Shown: positions 22,086-30,772, counted from the stretch's first letter. The stretch is DNA of 45,944 nt from an uncultured Veillonellaceae bacterium (GCA_964638945.1 CAZXCC010000001.1:1-45944), one strand, 5' to 3'. Notes: generated by a model not told the origin, from the sequence alone. Numbers and translations: made by a program.

Positions 22086-23665
22086 ATCTTTTTTTATATG
22101 TTGAATCGAGTTCCTGGTTGCACAAAACCGACCCACGGACGAAAATTTTCGCGATGTTCTGCGTTTTTTTTCTTGCGCTGGGACTCAAAGGAGTCGTTTC
22201 TGTTTTTCTACTTGCCGTTTTCGTCCTGGCCGGCGGCCTCAGTGCAGGCTTTTTTCCAAGTCTGCGGCGTGTCGGCCGGTTGCTTGGTATGATTCTCGCC
22301 GCAACCACCTTCCTGTGGGGGCTGACAACCGGCACAGTGCCTTTTTGGGGTCCATTTTCGCTGGATGGGCTTCAACAGGGAATGATGATGGGGATCAAGA
22401 TGACCATCATGATCCTTGCAGGGTTGATTTGGTTAAGCACGACGAAGATTGAAGAAATGACAGCGGGACTGGAGAAACTGGGAATCCCGTATCCTGTCGC
22501 CTTTGCATTTTCTACGGCAATCCGTCTGGTTCCATGGATTGTTGCCAGTTGTTTGACAGTGGGGGAAGCGCAGCAATCCCGGGGACTGGATCTTCATCAT
22601 GGATCGTTCGTACAAAGGATACGAAATTATGTGCCGTTGCTGATTCCAGCATTGGTGGCCGTGGTCCGGAACGCGAATTTTTTTGCTATGGCGTTGGAAA
22701 GTCGCGGCTTCGGCATACGAAATCAACGTGTTTCCTTTCTGCAAATCGGTTTTGGATGGTATGACAGGATGCTGGGTATTGCCCTGATTCTTATTGTGTC
22801 TGTTTGTCTATGGCTGAACGAAGGAACCGTGCAAGTTTTGCTGTGGAATGGTTTTTATTTACTGGCGTTTTTCTTTGGCTTTATTTTGGTTTTGCAGGTG
22901 GTTGTGAACCTGGAGAGCGGCAAAGTTTTGTGGCTCAATACACGAATGGTCGTGCTGACTGCCCTGTCAGCAGCACTTTATGCCGCAGTGATTATCCCCT
23001 TTAAAGGGATTGTGTTTGTTCCGGGGGTGACGGAATTCAGGCCGGGCATGGTTCTGCCGCCGGTGCTGGGAGTGTTGTTTGGTCCCGCTGCCGCCTGGGG
23101 AAGCGGGTTCGGTTGTGTAATCAGCGATTTTTTTGGCACATTGGGACCGGGGAGTTTTTTTGGTTTTTTAGGGAATTTTGCCATGGCATGGATTCCGTAT
23201 CGCTTATGGTGGAAAACCGGTCTGGTGCGAACTGGCGATCCGGAACCGCTGCATCTGAATACTACGGCAAAAGTGATCAATTATTTTTTTCTGTCCCTGG
23301 CTGGAGCTCTCGTTTGTGCCCTCATCATCGGCTGGGGCCTGGAGTTGCTGGGTTTGGTTCCGTTTAAAGTATTGACAGTATTGATTGCAATCAATAACGC
23401 AGCGCCGGTTTTGCTGCTCAGCTTGCCTGTGATGCTGGTTTTGTATCCGCGCATCAAAAGATGGGGACTGCTTTGGACCGATATTCTCGGTCCGGAAGGG
23501 GTGGCACTATGCACACAAAAGACCGGGATAGGCGCTTTTGTCACGCTGACGGGAATTTTTGCAGGGTTGGGCGGTGGCCTGTATGTAGCAATTGGTTTGG
23601 GAGGAAACCCGCTTCCGGTTTCCGGGGTCGGGATCTTTTTGATAATAATCGGCGCATTTCTATAG
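22082..23665 (+). CDS. ECF transporter T component (EcfT/CbiQ-like, aa 1-245) fused in frame to an S-component-like polytopic domain (aa ~283-527)
   Basis: An ATGA start/stop overlap joins it to the ATPase gene. The T-type coupling motifs are EAQQSRGLD and ALESRGFG. The C-terminal half (LSAALYAAVIIPF..TEFRPGMVLPPVLGVLFGPAAAWGSGFGCVISDFFG) resembles QueT-type S components by eye. No stop codon occurs between the halves. Confidence 0.65.
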   Translation: MNLFLYVESSSWLHKTDPRTKIFAMFCVFFLALGLKGVVSVFLLAVFVLAGGLSAGFFPSLRRVGRLLGMILAATTFLWGLTTGTVPFWGPFSLDGLQQGMMMGIKMTIMILAGLIWLSTTKIEEMTAGLEKLGIPYPVAFAFSTAIRLVPWIVASCLTVGEAQQSRGLDLHHGSFVQRIRNYVPLLIPALVAVVRNANFFAMALESRGFGIRNQRVSFLQIGFGWYDRMLGIALILIVSVCLWLNEGTVQVLLWNGFYLLAFFFGFILVLQVVVNLESGKVLWLNTRMVVLTALSAALYAAVIIPFKGIVFVPGVTEFRPGMVLPPVLGVLFGPAAAWGSGFGCVISDFFGTLGPGSFFGFLGNFAMAWIPYRLWWKTGLVRTGDPEPLHLNTTAKVINYFFLSLAGALVCALIIGWGLELLGLVPFKVLTVLIAINNAAPVLLLSLPVMLVLYPRIKRWGLLWTDILGPEGVALCTQKTGIGAFVTLTGIFAGLGGGLYVAIGLGGNPLPVSGVGIFLIIIGAFL

Positions 23666-23724
23666 GAATGCGGTGCAGCGGCTTTTCGGCAAGTATGGAG
23701 AACTGATTTTGCAAAAGAAACAAC

Positions 23725-23763
23725 AAGGTCCGTGCCGGAATAGCAGTTCCGACACGGACCTTG
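23725..23763. terminator. Bidirectional hairpin between convergent ECF and BKACE genes
   Basis: AAGGTCCGTGCCGGA / TCCGACACGGACCTT forms a stem with one mismatch. Confidence 0.6.
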
Positions 23764-23781
23764 GATGTTTCTGCCGTTGAT

Positions 23782-24708
23782 TTAGAAACCGACCTTGTCG
23801 AAGCCTTTCAGACCCAATATGGTTCGGGCTTCATCCGGAGTGGCGATATCGATACTGAGCTCGTTGGCAATATTGACCACTTTGGATACCTGTTCGGCGC
23901 TGCTTTGCGCCAGTCGGCCAGGGCCGGTATACAGATTGTCTTCCAGACCGACCCGCGTATTGCCGCCCATGGACATGGCAACAGCCATCATCGGCAGCTG
24001 AGCCTTGCCTGCTGCGCAAACGGACCAGACGAAGTTTTTCTCGCCAAGCAGGCGTTGCGCAGTTTCCACCAGGAAGACCAGGTTGTTTGCGGAAGCGGGG
24101 ATACCGCCGAGGATACCCATGACAAACTGCAGGTACACTGGAGCTTTGAGCACTCCAAGATCGATCAGGTGCTTGATATTGTTTATCATGCCGACATCGT
24201 ACACTTCCAGTTCCGGTTTGGTGCCGACATCGTACATCGTCTTTGCATAATATTTCAGCGTGCGGAACGTATTGGAGAATACCAGGTCCTCAGTGGAATC
24301 CAGATACGGTTTTTCCCATTCGAAACGAGGTTCTTTGATTCTGTCAGACAGCGGATAAATTGCGAAGTTGATTGAGCCGGCATTTAAAGAGGCCAGTTCG
24401 GGCTGAAGACTGTTGATGGGCTTGACTCTTTCTTCCATGGCCATGCCCAGGCCGCCACCGGTGGTTATGCAGATGGCGACATTGCTTTTGGCTTTAATCT
24501 TGCCCGTGATTTCCTTGTACACTTCGAAATCGCTGCAAGGTTTGCCTGTCTGCGGATCGCGGGCATGCACATGGACTACTGCGGCTCCCGCGGCGCCAGC
24601 TTTGATGGCATCTTCAGCGATCTGGTCCGGTGTGATCGGCAGATAGGGGGATAAGCTGGGAACATGAATGGCACCTGTGATGGCAGCGGTGATAATGATT
24701 TTTGGCAT
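23782..24708 (-). CDS. Beta-keto acid cleavage enzyme family protein (BKACE/DUF849; 3-keto-5-aminohexanoate cleavage enzyme-like)
   Basis: 308 aa. The N-terminus is MPKIIITAAITGAIHVPSLSPYLPITPDQIAEDAIKAGAAGAAVVHVHARD, the typical BKACE TIM-barrel start. Confidence 0.8.
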   Translation of the reverse strand: MPKIIITAAITGAIHVPSLSPYLPITPDQIAEDAIKAGAAGAAVVHVHARDPQTGKPCSDFEVYKEITGKIKAKSNVAICITTGGGLGMAMEERVKPINSLQPELASLNAGSINFAIYPLSDRIKEPRFEWEKPYLDSTEDLVFSNTFRTLKYYAKTMYDVGTKPELEVYDVGMINNIKHLIDLGVLKAPVYLQFVMGILGGIPASANNLVFLVETAQRLLGEKNFVWSVCAAGKAQLPMMAVAMSMGGNTRVGLEDNLYTGPGRLAQSSAEQVSKVVNIANELSIDIATPDEARTILGLKGFDKVGF

Positions 24709-24747
24709 GGGGAATCCTCCTTCAGTATTGATTCACAACATATAAAA

Positions 24748-24763
24748 AGCAAGAATCATGCCA
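24748..24763 (-). promoter_or_regulatory. Sigma-54 (-24/-12) promoter of the BKACE gene
   Basis: The minus strand reads TGGCAT-gattc-TTGCT, with exact GG-N10-GC spacing. It lies about 40 nt upstream of ATG 24708, and a sigma-54 activator gene sits immediately upstream. Confidence 0.75.
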
Positions 24764-24838
24764 TGCTTTTTGGAAATCATGCAAAGCTTTGTCTATAAGG
24801 GTTGCTTGCCATTTCCGAAAGTGTTCGGCTATGAAAAA

Positions 24839-24861
24839 CAGTGTCCGAAAATCGGACACTG
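24839..24861 (-). promoter_or_regulatory. Perfect palindrome: intrinsic terminator of the activator gene and/or upstream activator sequence
   Basis: CAGTGTCCGA-aaa-TCGGACACTG has 10-bp arms and is followed by TTTTT on the minus strand. Its centre is about 88 bp upstream of the -24 GG. A related half-site GTGTTCGG lies at 24821-24828. Confidence 0.55.
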
Positions 24862-24886
24862 TTGGAAAAGCAAACAGATGCAAGTT

Positions 24887-26638
24887 CTATAAGCGGTTAT
24901 GTTCTTTCAGCTTTTCATAAAGGGTACTGCGTGATATTCCCAATAACTTGGCTGCCTGCAACCGATTCCCATTCACCTGGGCCAATGCTTCGACTACAGT
25001 ATCCCACTCCACGTCCGCAAGTTTGCGGGATCTGAAATTGGTGGCATCTCCCCTGCAAGATTCATGACGGTGATGAAGTTCCTCCGGCAGATGTTCCGTA
25101 TCAATTGTATTGCCCTCCAGCAGACTGAAAGCACGTTCGATGGTGTTTTCCAATTCGCGGACATTGCCTGGCCAGTCATATTGTTCACAAAGGCTCATGG
25201 CTGCATGAGTCATATCCACCCCGGGTCGGCTCATGCGTTGCCCGATTTTCCGCATGAAGTGCTCAGCCAGCAAAGGGATGTCATCTTTGCGACGCCGCAG
25301 GGGAGGAACATGCAGACTGACGATGTTCAGGCGGTAGTAAAGGTCTTGCCGAAAACATTGCTTTTCAACCTCTGCCCGCAAATTTTTGCTGCTGGCTGCA
25401 ATGATCCGGATGTCAACGGGAGTTGCATTGCCGGTTCCTAATCGTGTGACAGTATGGCTTTGCAGTACTCTCAGCAGTCGAGTCTGTAAATCCAGAGGCA
25501 TTTCGCCGATTTCATCGAGAAAGACTGTTCCGCCGTCTGCAAGTTCAAACTTGCCTGGTCGTCCATTTCTATAGGCGCCGGTAAAAGTTCCCTCAACATA
25601 TCCAAACAGTTCGCTTTCAATCAGTTCCCGTGGCAAAGAAGAGCAGTCAATGACCACAAAGGGACCCTCATTACGACTGCTGGCATTATGGATCGCCTGG
25701 GCAAACAGCTCCTTGCCTGTTCCGCTCTCTCCTTGCAACAAGACGGTAGAGAGATTGACAGCTGCCTTTTTTGCATGGGATATGACATTTTGGATTGCAG
25801 CACTTTGCCCGATCAGACTGTCAAAAGTTAGCAGACCGCGTGTCCCGCTTATATTACTGACGAGCCGGCGCACTTTGTTGAACTTGCGAAAAGTATCGAC
25901 AACTCCGATTACTTCATGCGCTTCATTAAATACGGGGATTGCACTTTTAATCAAATGCACTTGCAAACCGTGCGGAAGTTTGATATGGAATTCCCGGTCG
26001 ATCCATCCGACACCGGTTTTTAGTGACGTGAGTATTTCCGGCTCAAACTTAAATGCATCCACAACATGGCGGCCAACAATTTGGGCAGGTTGCATACCGA
26101 AAATTTCTGCACCTGCCTGATTGATGAATGTAACGATTCCATTGCTATCAGTTGCCATACATCCATCCTGCATGGTATTGAAAATTTGCATCATCTGTTC
26201 ATTGTGAGTCAAGACTTTTTCCACGGAACGATCCAGCTGTGCCCGGTTCACAATCAATTCTGCCCAAGTTTTCACCGTGTCGATGGGAACTGGCGTGTCA
26301 CGATGAATCAGGAACAGCAAAAATCCGCTGACAGAACTGACCTGTGCAGCGGTTAGCGGGACTATGGTGCAGGAATACAGGCGACCGTTTATTGAAAAAG
26401 AGACGAACGTGCTGGGTTTTTTCTGCTCAAGCAAGGAATGTGTCAATCTTGTGCCAGAGGGAAAACAGATCGCTTGCGGAACGGAAGCTTTTGATACCAG
26501 CACATTTCCGGTCGGGTCAGATAAAATAATTTCAAAATAAACAGATTCTTCTGCAGTTGCTTTTAGTGTATCGCAGATATGGGATATAACGAGTTGGCCT
26601 GCAGATAAAAAATGGGGGTTGGACTCGATGGTAAGCAC
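24887..26638 (-). CDS. Sigma-54-dependent transcriptional activator (N-terminal sensor + PAS + AAA+ + Fis-type HTH)
   Basis: Walker A is GESGTGKELFAQAIH. The GAFTGA-loop variant is EGTFTGA. Other motifs are GGTVFLDEIGEMP, WPGNVRELEN and a C-terminal HTH (AAKLLGISRSTLYEKLK). The PAS-like segment is MQDGCMATDSNGIVTFINQAG. Confidence 0.9.
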   Translation of the reverse strand: MLTIESNPHFLSAGQLVISHICDTLKATAEESVYFEIILSDPTGNVLVSKASVPQAICFPSGTRLTHSLLEQKKPSTFVSFSINGRLYSCTIVPLTAAQVSSVSGFLLFLIHRDTPVPIDTVKTWAELIVNRAQLDRSVEKVLTHNEQMMQIFNTMQDGCMATDSNGIVTFINQAGAEIFGMQPAQIVGRHVVDAFKFEPEILTSLKTGVGWIDREFHIKLPHGLQVHLIKSAIPVFNEAHEVIGVVDTFRKFNKVRRLVSNISGTRGLLTFDSLIGQSAAIQNVISHAKKAAVNLSTVLLQGESGTGKELFAQAIHNASSRNEGPFVVIDCSSLPRELIESELFGYVEGTFTGAYRNGRPGKFELADGGTVFLDEIGEMPLDLQTRLLRVLQSHTVTRLGTGNATPVDIRIIAASSKNLRAEVEKQCFRQDLYYRLNIVSLHVPPLRRRKDDIPLLAEHFMRKIGQRMSRPGVDMTHAAMSLCEQYDWPGNVRELENTIERAFSLLEGNTIDTEHLPEELHHRHESCRGDATNFRSRKLADVEWDTVVEALAQVNGNRLQAAKLLGISRSTLYEKLKEHNRL

Positions 26639-26803
26639 CTCCCTGCCATCCCTTTTCTTCGCCGCCGATTCATTTTATCCTTCCTGCTGGCAGTTGCTTC
26701 TCGCAACAAAGTGCTTTTGTAGCACGTGATTCCTTTTTTGCTTGAAAATTGCAATTTCTGGTATCCACGAGGATAGATATTAAAAAAAATAAATGGTACA
26801 ATA

Positions 26804-26831
26804 TTGACAGATAATTCGGATTATATAATAC
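26804..26831 (+). promoter_or_regulatory. Putative sigma-70 promoter of the USP gene
   Basis: TTGACA (26804-26809) is followed by TAATAC at a 16-nt spacer (or TATAAT at 14 nt), about 20 nt before the RBS GGGAGG. Confidence 0.35.
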
Positions 26832-26847
26832 GAGGGAGGCGTTTGAC

Positions 26848-27768
26848 ATGGCAAGACCCAAAAAGGTTATGGTAGCTTATGACGGTTCTCCGCACAGTAA
26901 GGACGCCTTACGCTGGGCCATGTATTTTAAGCGTCTGATGGGAACTTCGGTTTTGGCAGTCAAAGTTTTCGAGCCTTTCAAATTTCACGAAAGCCACGGT
27001 GAGGTCGATATCGGCAGTGCCCCCGAATTGATGGCCAAACAGGCGGAGATTGCGTATGCCCGCAATATGAAGATGTTGGAAGATACCAAACAGGAAGCAG
27101 CGAACCAGGGTGTTGCCATCGAAACCGAACTGGTTGCCGGTACTGCAGCGGCGGGATTGCTGGATTGCGCAAAACAGAGCCATGTAGAGATGATTATTGC
27201 AGGAACCCGCGGTCATGGCACGCTGGAAGAACTGCTGATCGGAAGCGTGACAAGCAAACTGGTGAGCTTGGCCCATGTTCCGGTTCTGGTAGTGAAGAAT
27301 TGCCGTGTGGCAAGTACCGGTGGCATTAAAAAAATTCTTGTAGCTTACGACGGTTCTCCGCAAAGCAAGGAGGCGCTGGCCTGGGCTATCGAACTTGGCC
27401 GGACGGCCGAGGCACAGATTATTGCGGTAAAAGTATTTGAGCCTCTCCCCCTGACGATGATGTACAGTATGCCGGAAGCCGGCGTTGCAGTTCGCATGGC
27501 TGCCAAGTTGCAGGAAATTCAGCAAGCCGATGTGAAATTGATGGAAGAAGTGAAAGAGTTCGGACGCAGTCAGAAAGTGGATATCGCAACTGAAATTTTG
27601 AGTGGGGATGCTCCCAGTGCGATTCTCGGCTGTGCAAAGAGGCTGCATGCGGATCTGATCGTTGCAGGCACGAGAGGTCATGGAATGTTGGAGGGACTCC
27701 TTGTGGGGAGTGTTACCAGACGCTTGGTCAGTGTTTCTCCCGTGCCGGTACTTGTGGTCAAAGATTAA
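26848..27768 (+). CDS. Tandem universal stress protein (two UspA domains)
   Basis: Two repeats are present, each with KKxxVAYDGSPxSKxAL ... (I)(I/V)AGTRGHG...GSVT..L(V) and PVLVVK motifs. Confidence 0.9.
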   Translation: MARPKKVMVAYDGSPHSKDALRWAMYFKRLMGTSVLAVKVFEPFKFHESHGEVDIGSAPELMAKQAEIAYARNMKMLEDTKQEAANQGVAIETELVAGTAAAGLLDCAKQSHVEMIIAGTRGHGTLEELLIGSVTSKLVSLAHVPVLVVKNCRVASTGGIKKILVAYDGSPQSKEALAWAIELGRTAEAQIIAVKVFEPLPLTMMYSMPEAGVAVRMAAKLQEIQQADVKLMEEVKEFGRSQKVDIATEILSGDAPSAILGCAKRLHADLIVAGTRGHGMLEGLLVGSVTRRLVSVSPVPVLVVKD

Positions 27769-27815
27769 AGCCGGTCAGGGAATGTTGCCAAGCCCGGCAA
27801 TAGCTGCGAATAAAA

Positions 27816-27851
27816 GGAACCCCGGCCCAAAAAAAGCCGGGGTTCCTTTTT
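27816..27851. terminator. Bidirectional rho-independent terminator
   Basis: GGAACCCCGGC / GCCGGGGTTCC forms an 11-bp stem with an A-rich loop and a TTTTT tail. It lies between convergent genes. Confidence 0.8.
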
Positions 27852-27881
27852 GAATGATTTAACGAAAAAGCAAAATTGGTT

Positions 27882-28361
27882 TTAGATTACGCCTTCCATC
27901 TTGAGCAGGAACTGAGCGACAATCGCAGCACAGATGAAAGTGCCTGTGTAAACCGCAAGCGCCACTACGATGATTCGCCAGGACATCGTTTTGAATTTGT
28001 CGATATCTTTGCCGAATGACAGTCCTGCAAAGGCCAATATCGGAGTCGCCAGGGCAAGAAAATCAACTTTTCCTGTATAGTATCCAATTTCTTTGGCCCA
28101 GGGGCTGACCTGGGGAACAGTGGAGAGGGTTGCCAGAACGGAAACCCAGAACACCATCGGAAACTTTCCGGGAATATACTTGGAACAGGCGATACCAAGC
28201 AGCGCGATGGCAAACATGATGCAGTAGCCGAAGGCTGCTTCCATAATGAACTGACCATAGCTGAGACCTTTGCCCAGAGTGGCCTTGTAACCGACGACAT
28301 CGCCGACAACAGAAATAACGCCCATGACAAAGAGGACTGCGATTGCTTCAGACCATTTCAT
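27882..28361 (-). CDS. Small polytopic membrane protein (159 aa, ~5 TM), unknown family
   Basis: It is hydrophobic throughout. Its RBS GGAGG lies inside the last codons of the upstream gene, with a 2-nt gap, indicating tight translational coupling. Confidence 0.6.
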   Translation of the reverse strand: MKWSEAIAVLFVMGVISVVGDVVGYKATLGKGLSYGQFIMEAAFGYCIMFAIALLGIACSKYIPGKFPMVFWVSVLATLSTVPQVSPWAKEIGYYTGKVDFLALATPILAFAGLSFGKDIDKFKTMSWRIIVVALAVYTGTFICAAIVAQFLLKMEGVI

Positions 28362-28363
28362 GC

Positions 28364-29176
28364 TTACTTACCTCCTTCAAGGCGTTTGCGTGTGGTTGCG
28401 CCGATAATCGGTGATAGTTTTTCGTAACAGAATACGGTGATGGGCAGGGAGACAAACAGGGCGAAATAGACTCCAATAACGGAAGTCAGCAGGTTGCTTG
28501 CCCCGGCATACATCAGAATATCTTTGGCCATGCTTGGCACTGCGGCGGCAATGGCGCCGGAAGATGCTGCCATCATGCTGCCGGAACCGACACCTGCACC
28601 CATAGCCAGTGCGAAGGGGTGAATGATGTTCAAGGAGGCGACGAAACCGGCAACAAAACCGAGCCAAATTGCACCGAACAGAGTACCGCAGATGTACACT
28701 GCCATGACACCGCGGCCTTCAGGTGAGTCAAGTCCATATTTTTCCGCGATAATGGCAATATTCGGTTCGCGGTCGATGGAGTAAGTTGCGCCGATGGCTT
28801 CACGACCGAGGCCCAGCATGAGTGCAAGCGGCAAGCCGAATAGGATGGTGCCAAAGAAATGACCGACTTCCTGAAGGGAGAGGGCCAAGCCTGATTGCAT
28901 CAGTTTGACCAGGTTGGGGCCCATCAGGACGCCCAATTTTGCAATCAGCATCAGGGTGGCTACGCCGAGGCACTTGGCCGAAGTGTTCATTTCGGACAGG
29001 TTCAGGATTTTCAGTTTAGGCAGGCTGACTACTGCGCCAATGATCATGGCGTAGAGCATCGGCAAAAAGAGCAGAACTCCCGGTCCAAGTTTGAAAGATT
29101 TCATGCCGATCAGTTCACAGATGACGACGATAATAATTGCAAACACGTGGATTTTCCATGACTTTAGAATTTCCAA
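28364..29176 (-). CDS. Polytopic membrane protein, DUF3100-like (family assignment from memory, unverified)
   Basis: 270 aa with about 8 TM helices. A TTG start has AAGGAGG 7 nt upstream. The position next to an M20 amidohydrolase matches the neighbourhood I recall for DUF3100 genes. Confidence 0.55.
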   Translation of the reverse strand: MEILKSWKIHVFAIIIVVICELIGMKSFKLGPGVLLFLPMLYAMIIGAVVSLPKLKILNLSEMNTSAKCLGVATLMLIAKLGVLMGPNLVKLMQSGLALSLQEVGHFFGTILFGLPLALMLGLGREAIGATYSIDREPNIAIIAEKYGLDSPEGRGVMAVYICGTLFGAIWLGFVAGFVASLNIIHPFALAMGAGVGSGSMMAASSGAIAAAVPSMAKDILMYAGASNLLTSVIGVYFALFVSLPITVFCYEKLSPIIGATTRKRLEGGK

Positions 29177-29233
29177 GAAGAATCGCCTCCTTTATTATTG
29201 TTTCCCATCAAGTGTTATCTTGGAAGTGGTTGC

Positions 29234-30541
29234 TCAGCTAAAGTATTTGTCCAGCAAAGCCAGATATTCCGTTTTCGTGAGTAACGGTTTAAAATTTTCC
29301 TTGATTTTCTTTGCTTTTGCTGCCTTGTCGGCAAGCAGGTCAATGGCAGTCATTGCCAGAAGCTTTGCAGGGATTACGCAGGCCGCGATATAATCTGCAG
29401 CCTTGAATTCCTTGGTGTGGTGATTGCCGCAGATCCCTCCGGTAAATGGGTGTAACGACGGAATAATGTGAGAAATGTCTCCCATATCTGTGGAGCCGCC
29501 AAAATGACCGGAGCGTATGATTTGGTCACTCGGAACAAATTGACCGGCATTGGCGCCGAACAGATCATTTAGTTCCTGGCAGGCTGCAAGAGGCAGATAC
29601 CCCGGAATCGTGTGAATGTGTGTCTCTGCTCCGACTGCGTCACCGCCGGCCCGCAAGGCCCGCGTCACTTTTCCGTAGGTGGCGTCGATGGCAGACATTG
29701 TTTTTGCTCTCACGTATGTTTCCATGCGAACATCTGCCGGTACGATGTTGACAAGGTCTCCTCCCTTGGTAATGATGGGATGAACACGCACGATATCCTG
29801 ATCACGGAACGTTTCACGCAAAGCGTGGACCCCCATCATGCCCAGCATGGCGGCGTTTAGGGCATTGATCCCTTGATCCGGTGCTCCGGCGGCATGGGCT
29901 TCCTTGCCGACGTACTGAATCGTCATGCCTACAAAACCATTGCTGGATTCTGAAAGGTTTACCGACGGTCCGGGTGAATCCTTGTCGGCGTGAACCATCA
30001 TGGCGATATCCACATCGTCAAATTCGCCCCGGTAAACAAGCTCCTGTTTGCCGCCAAGGTAACGGATTTTCCCCTGGTCGCGCAGTTGTTGGCGGAACGC
30101 GATTTCCACATATTCTTCCGCGGGTACGGCCATGAAACTGACGTTGCCGCCGAGTTCGCTTGCAACACCGGCAAGTTTCAGGCCAAGAGCCGCGCCGATC
30201 ATCGCACCAAGCTGCAAATTGTGACCACAGGCATGCGCTGCTCCTGTTTGCGGATCTGCTGTCGGGCTGTCGGGACAAACCACTGCATCGAGTTCACCGA
30301 TGATGGCTACGTTCGGTCCTTCGGCATCCGGTTTCAGATATGCTTTTACTCCAGTGAGTGCTAGTCCTTCACGGCAGGAATACCCCAACTCAGAAAGGAA
30401 TTTTGTTACAGCAGCGGCAGTCTTTGTTTCCTTATAGCCCAGTTCTGGATTTTTTTCTGCTTCGCGCACGAATTCGACAATTTGAGCCGCATGCGCATCA
30501 ATACTCTGGCACACTCGTGTTTTGATCTCATTTACGTCCAA
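29234..30541 (-). CDS. M20-family metallo-amidohydrolase (M20D / AbgB-like)
   Basis: 435 aa. It has the HACGHN metal-binding motif and the PAEE and GGSTDMGD blocks typical of M20D amidohydrolases. A TTG start follows AAGGAGG. Confidence 0.85.
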   Translation of the reverse strand: MDVNEIKTRVCQSIDAHAAQIVEFVREAEKNPELGYKETKTAAAVTKFLSELGYSCREGLALTGVKAYLKPDAEGPNVAIIGELDAVVCPDSPTADPQTGAAHACGHNLQLGAMIGAALGLKLAGVASELGGNVSFMAVPAEEYVEIAFRQQLRDQGKIRYLGGKQELVYRGEFDDVDIAMMVHADKDSPGPSVNLSESSNGFVGMTIQYVGKEAHAAGAPDQGINALNAAMLGMMGVHALRETFRDQDIVRVHPIITKGGDLVNIVPADVRMETYVRAKTMSAIDATYGKVTRALRAGGDAVGAETHIHTIPGYLPLAACQELNDLFGANAGQFVPSDQIIRSGHFGGSTDMGDISHIIPSLHPFTGGICGNHHTKEFKAADYIAACVIPAKLLAMTAIDLLADKAAKAKKIKENFKPLLTKTEYLALLDKYFS

Positions 30542-30584
30542 CAGGCATCGACCTCCTTTGAGTTTTCAAGATTTTCTTTCCAAA

Positions 30585-30596
30585 GAAATGCATTTC
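30585..30596. promoter_or_regulatory. Perfect 12-bp palindrome GAAATGCATTTC (operator candidate 1)
   Basis: It lies in the divergent promoter region between the M20 operon and the glyoxalase-led operon. Its sequence is related to the site at 30661-30675. Confidence 0.3.
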
Positions 30597-30660
30597 GCGC
30601 AAATCCCTGATAAATCCTCTTTGTTCAAGTCGCTACTATGAATTTTCTCGGCTAACCGTG

Positions 30661-30675
30661 CGAAATTGCATTTCG
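30661..30675. promoter_or_regulatory. Near-palindrome CGAAATTGCATTTCG (operator candidate 2)
   Basis: It has the same GAAAT-(T)GC-ATTTCG core as site 1, with its centre about 77 bp away. Confidence 0.3.
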
Positions 30676-30772
30676 AAAGAATGACTCATCACTGCAGTAA
30701 GCAGGAAGGGAGATAAACGAAAGCGAAATAGAATACCGATATTCATTTGTAGCTGTACAAGGAGGATGCTTT

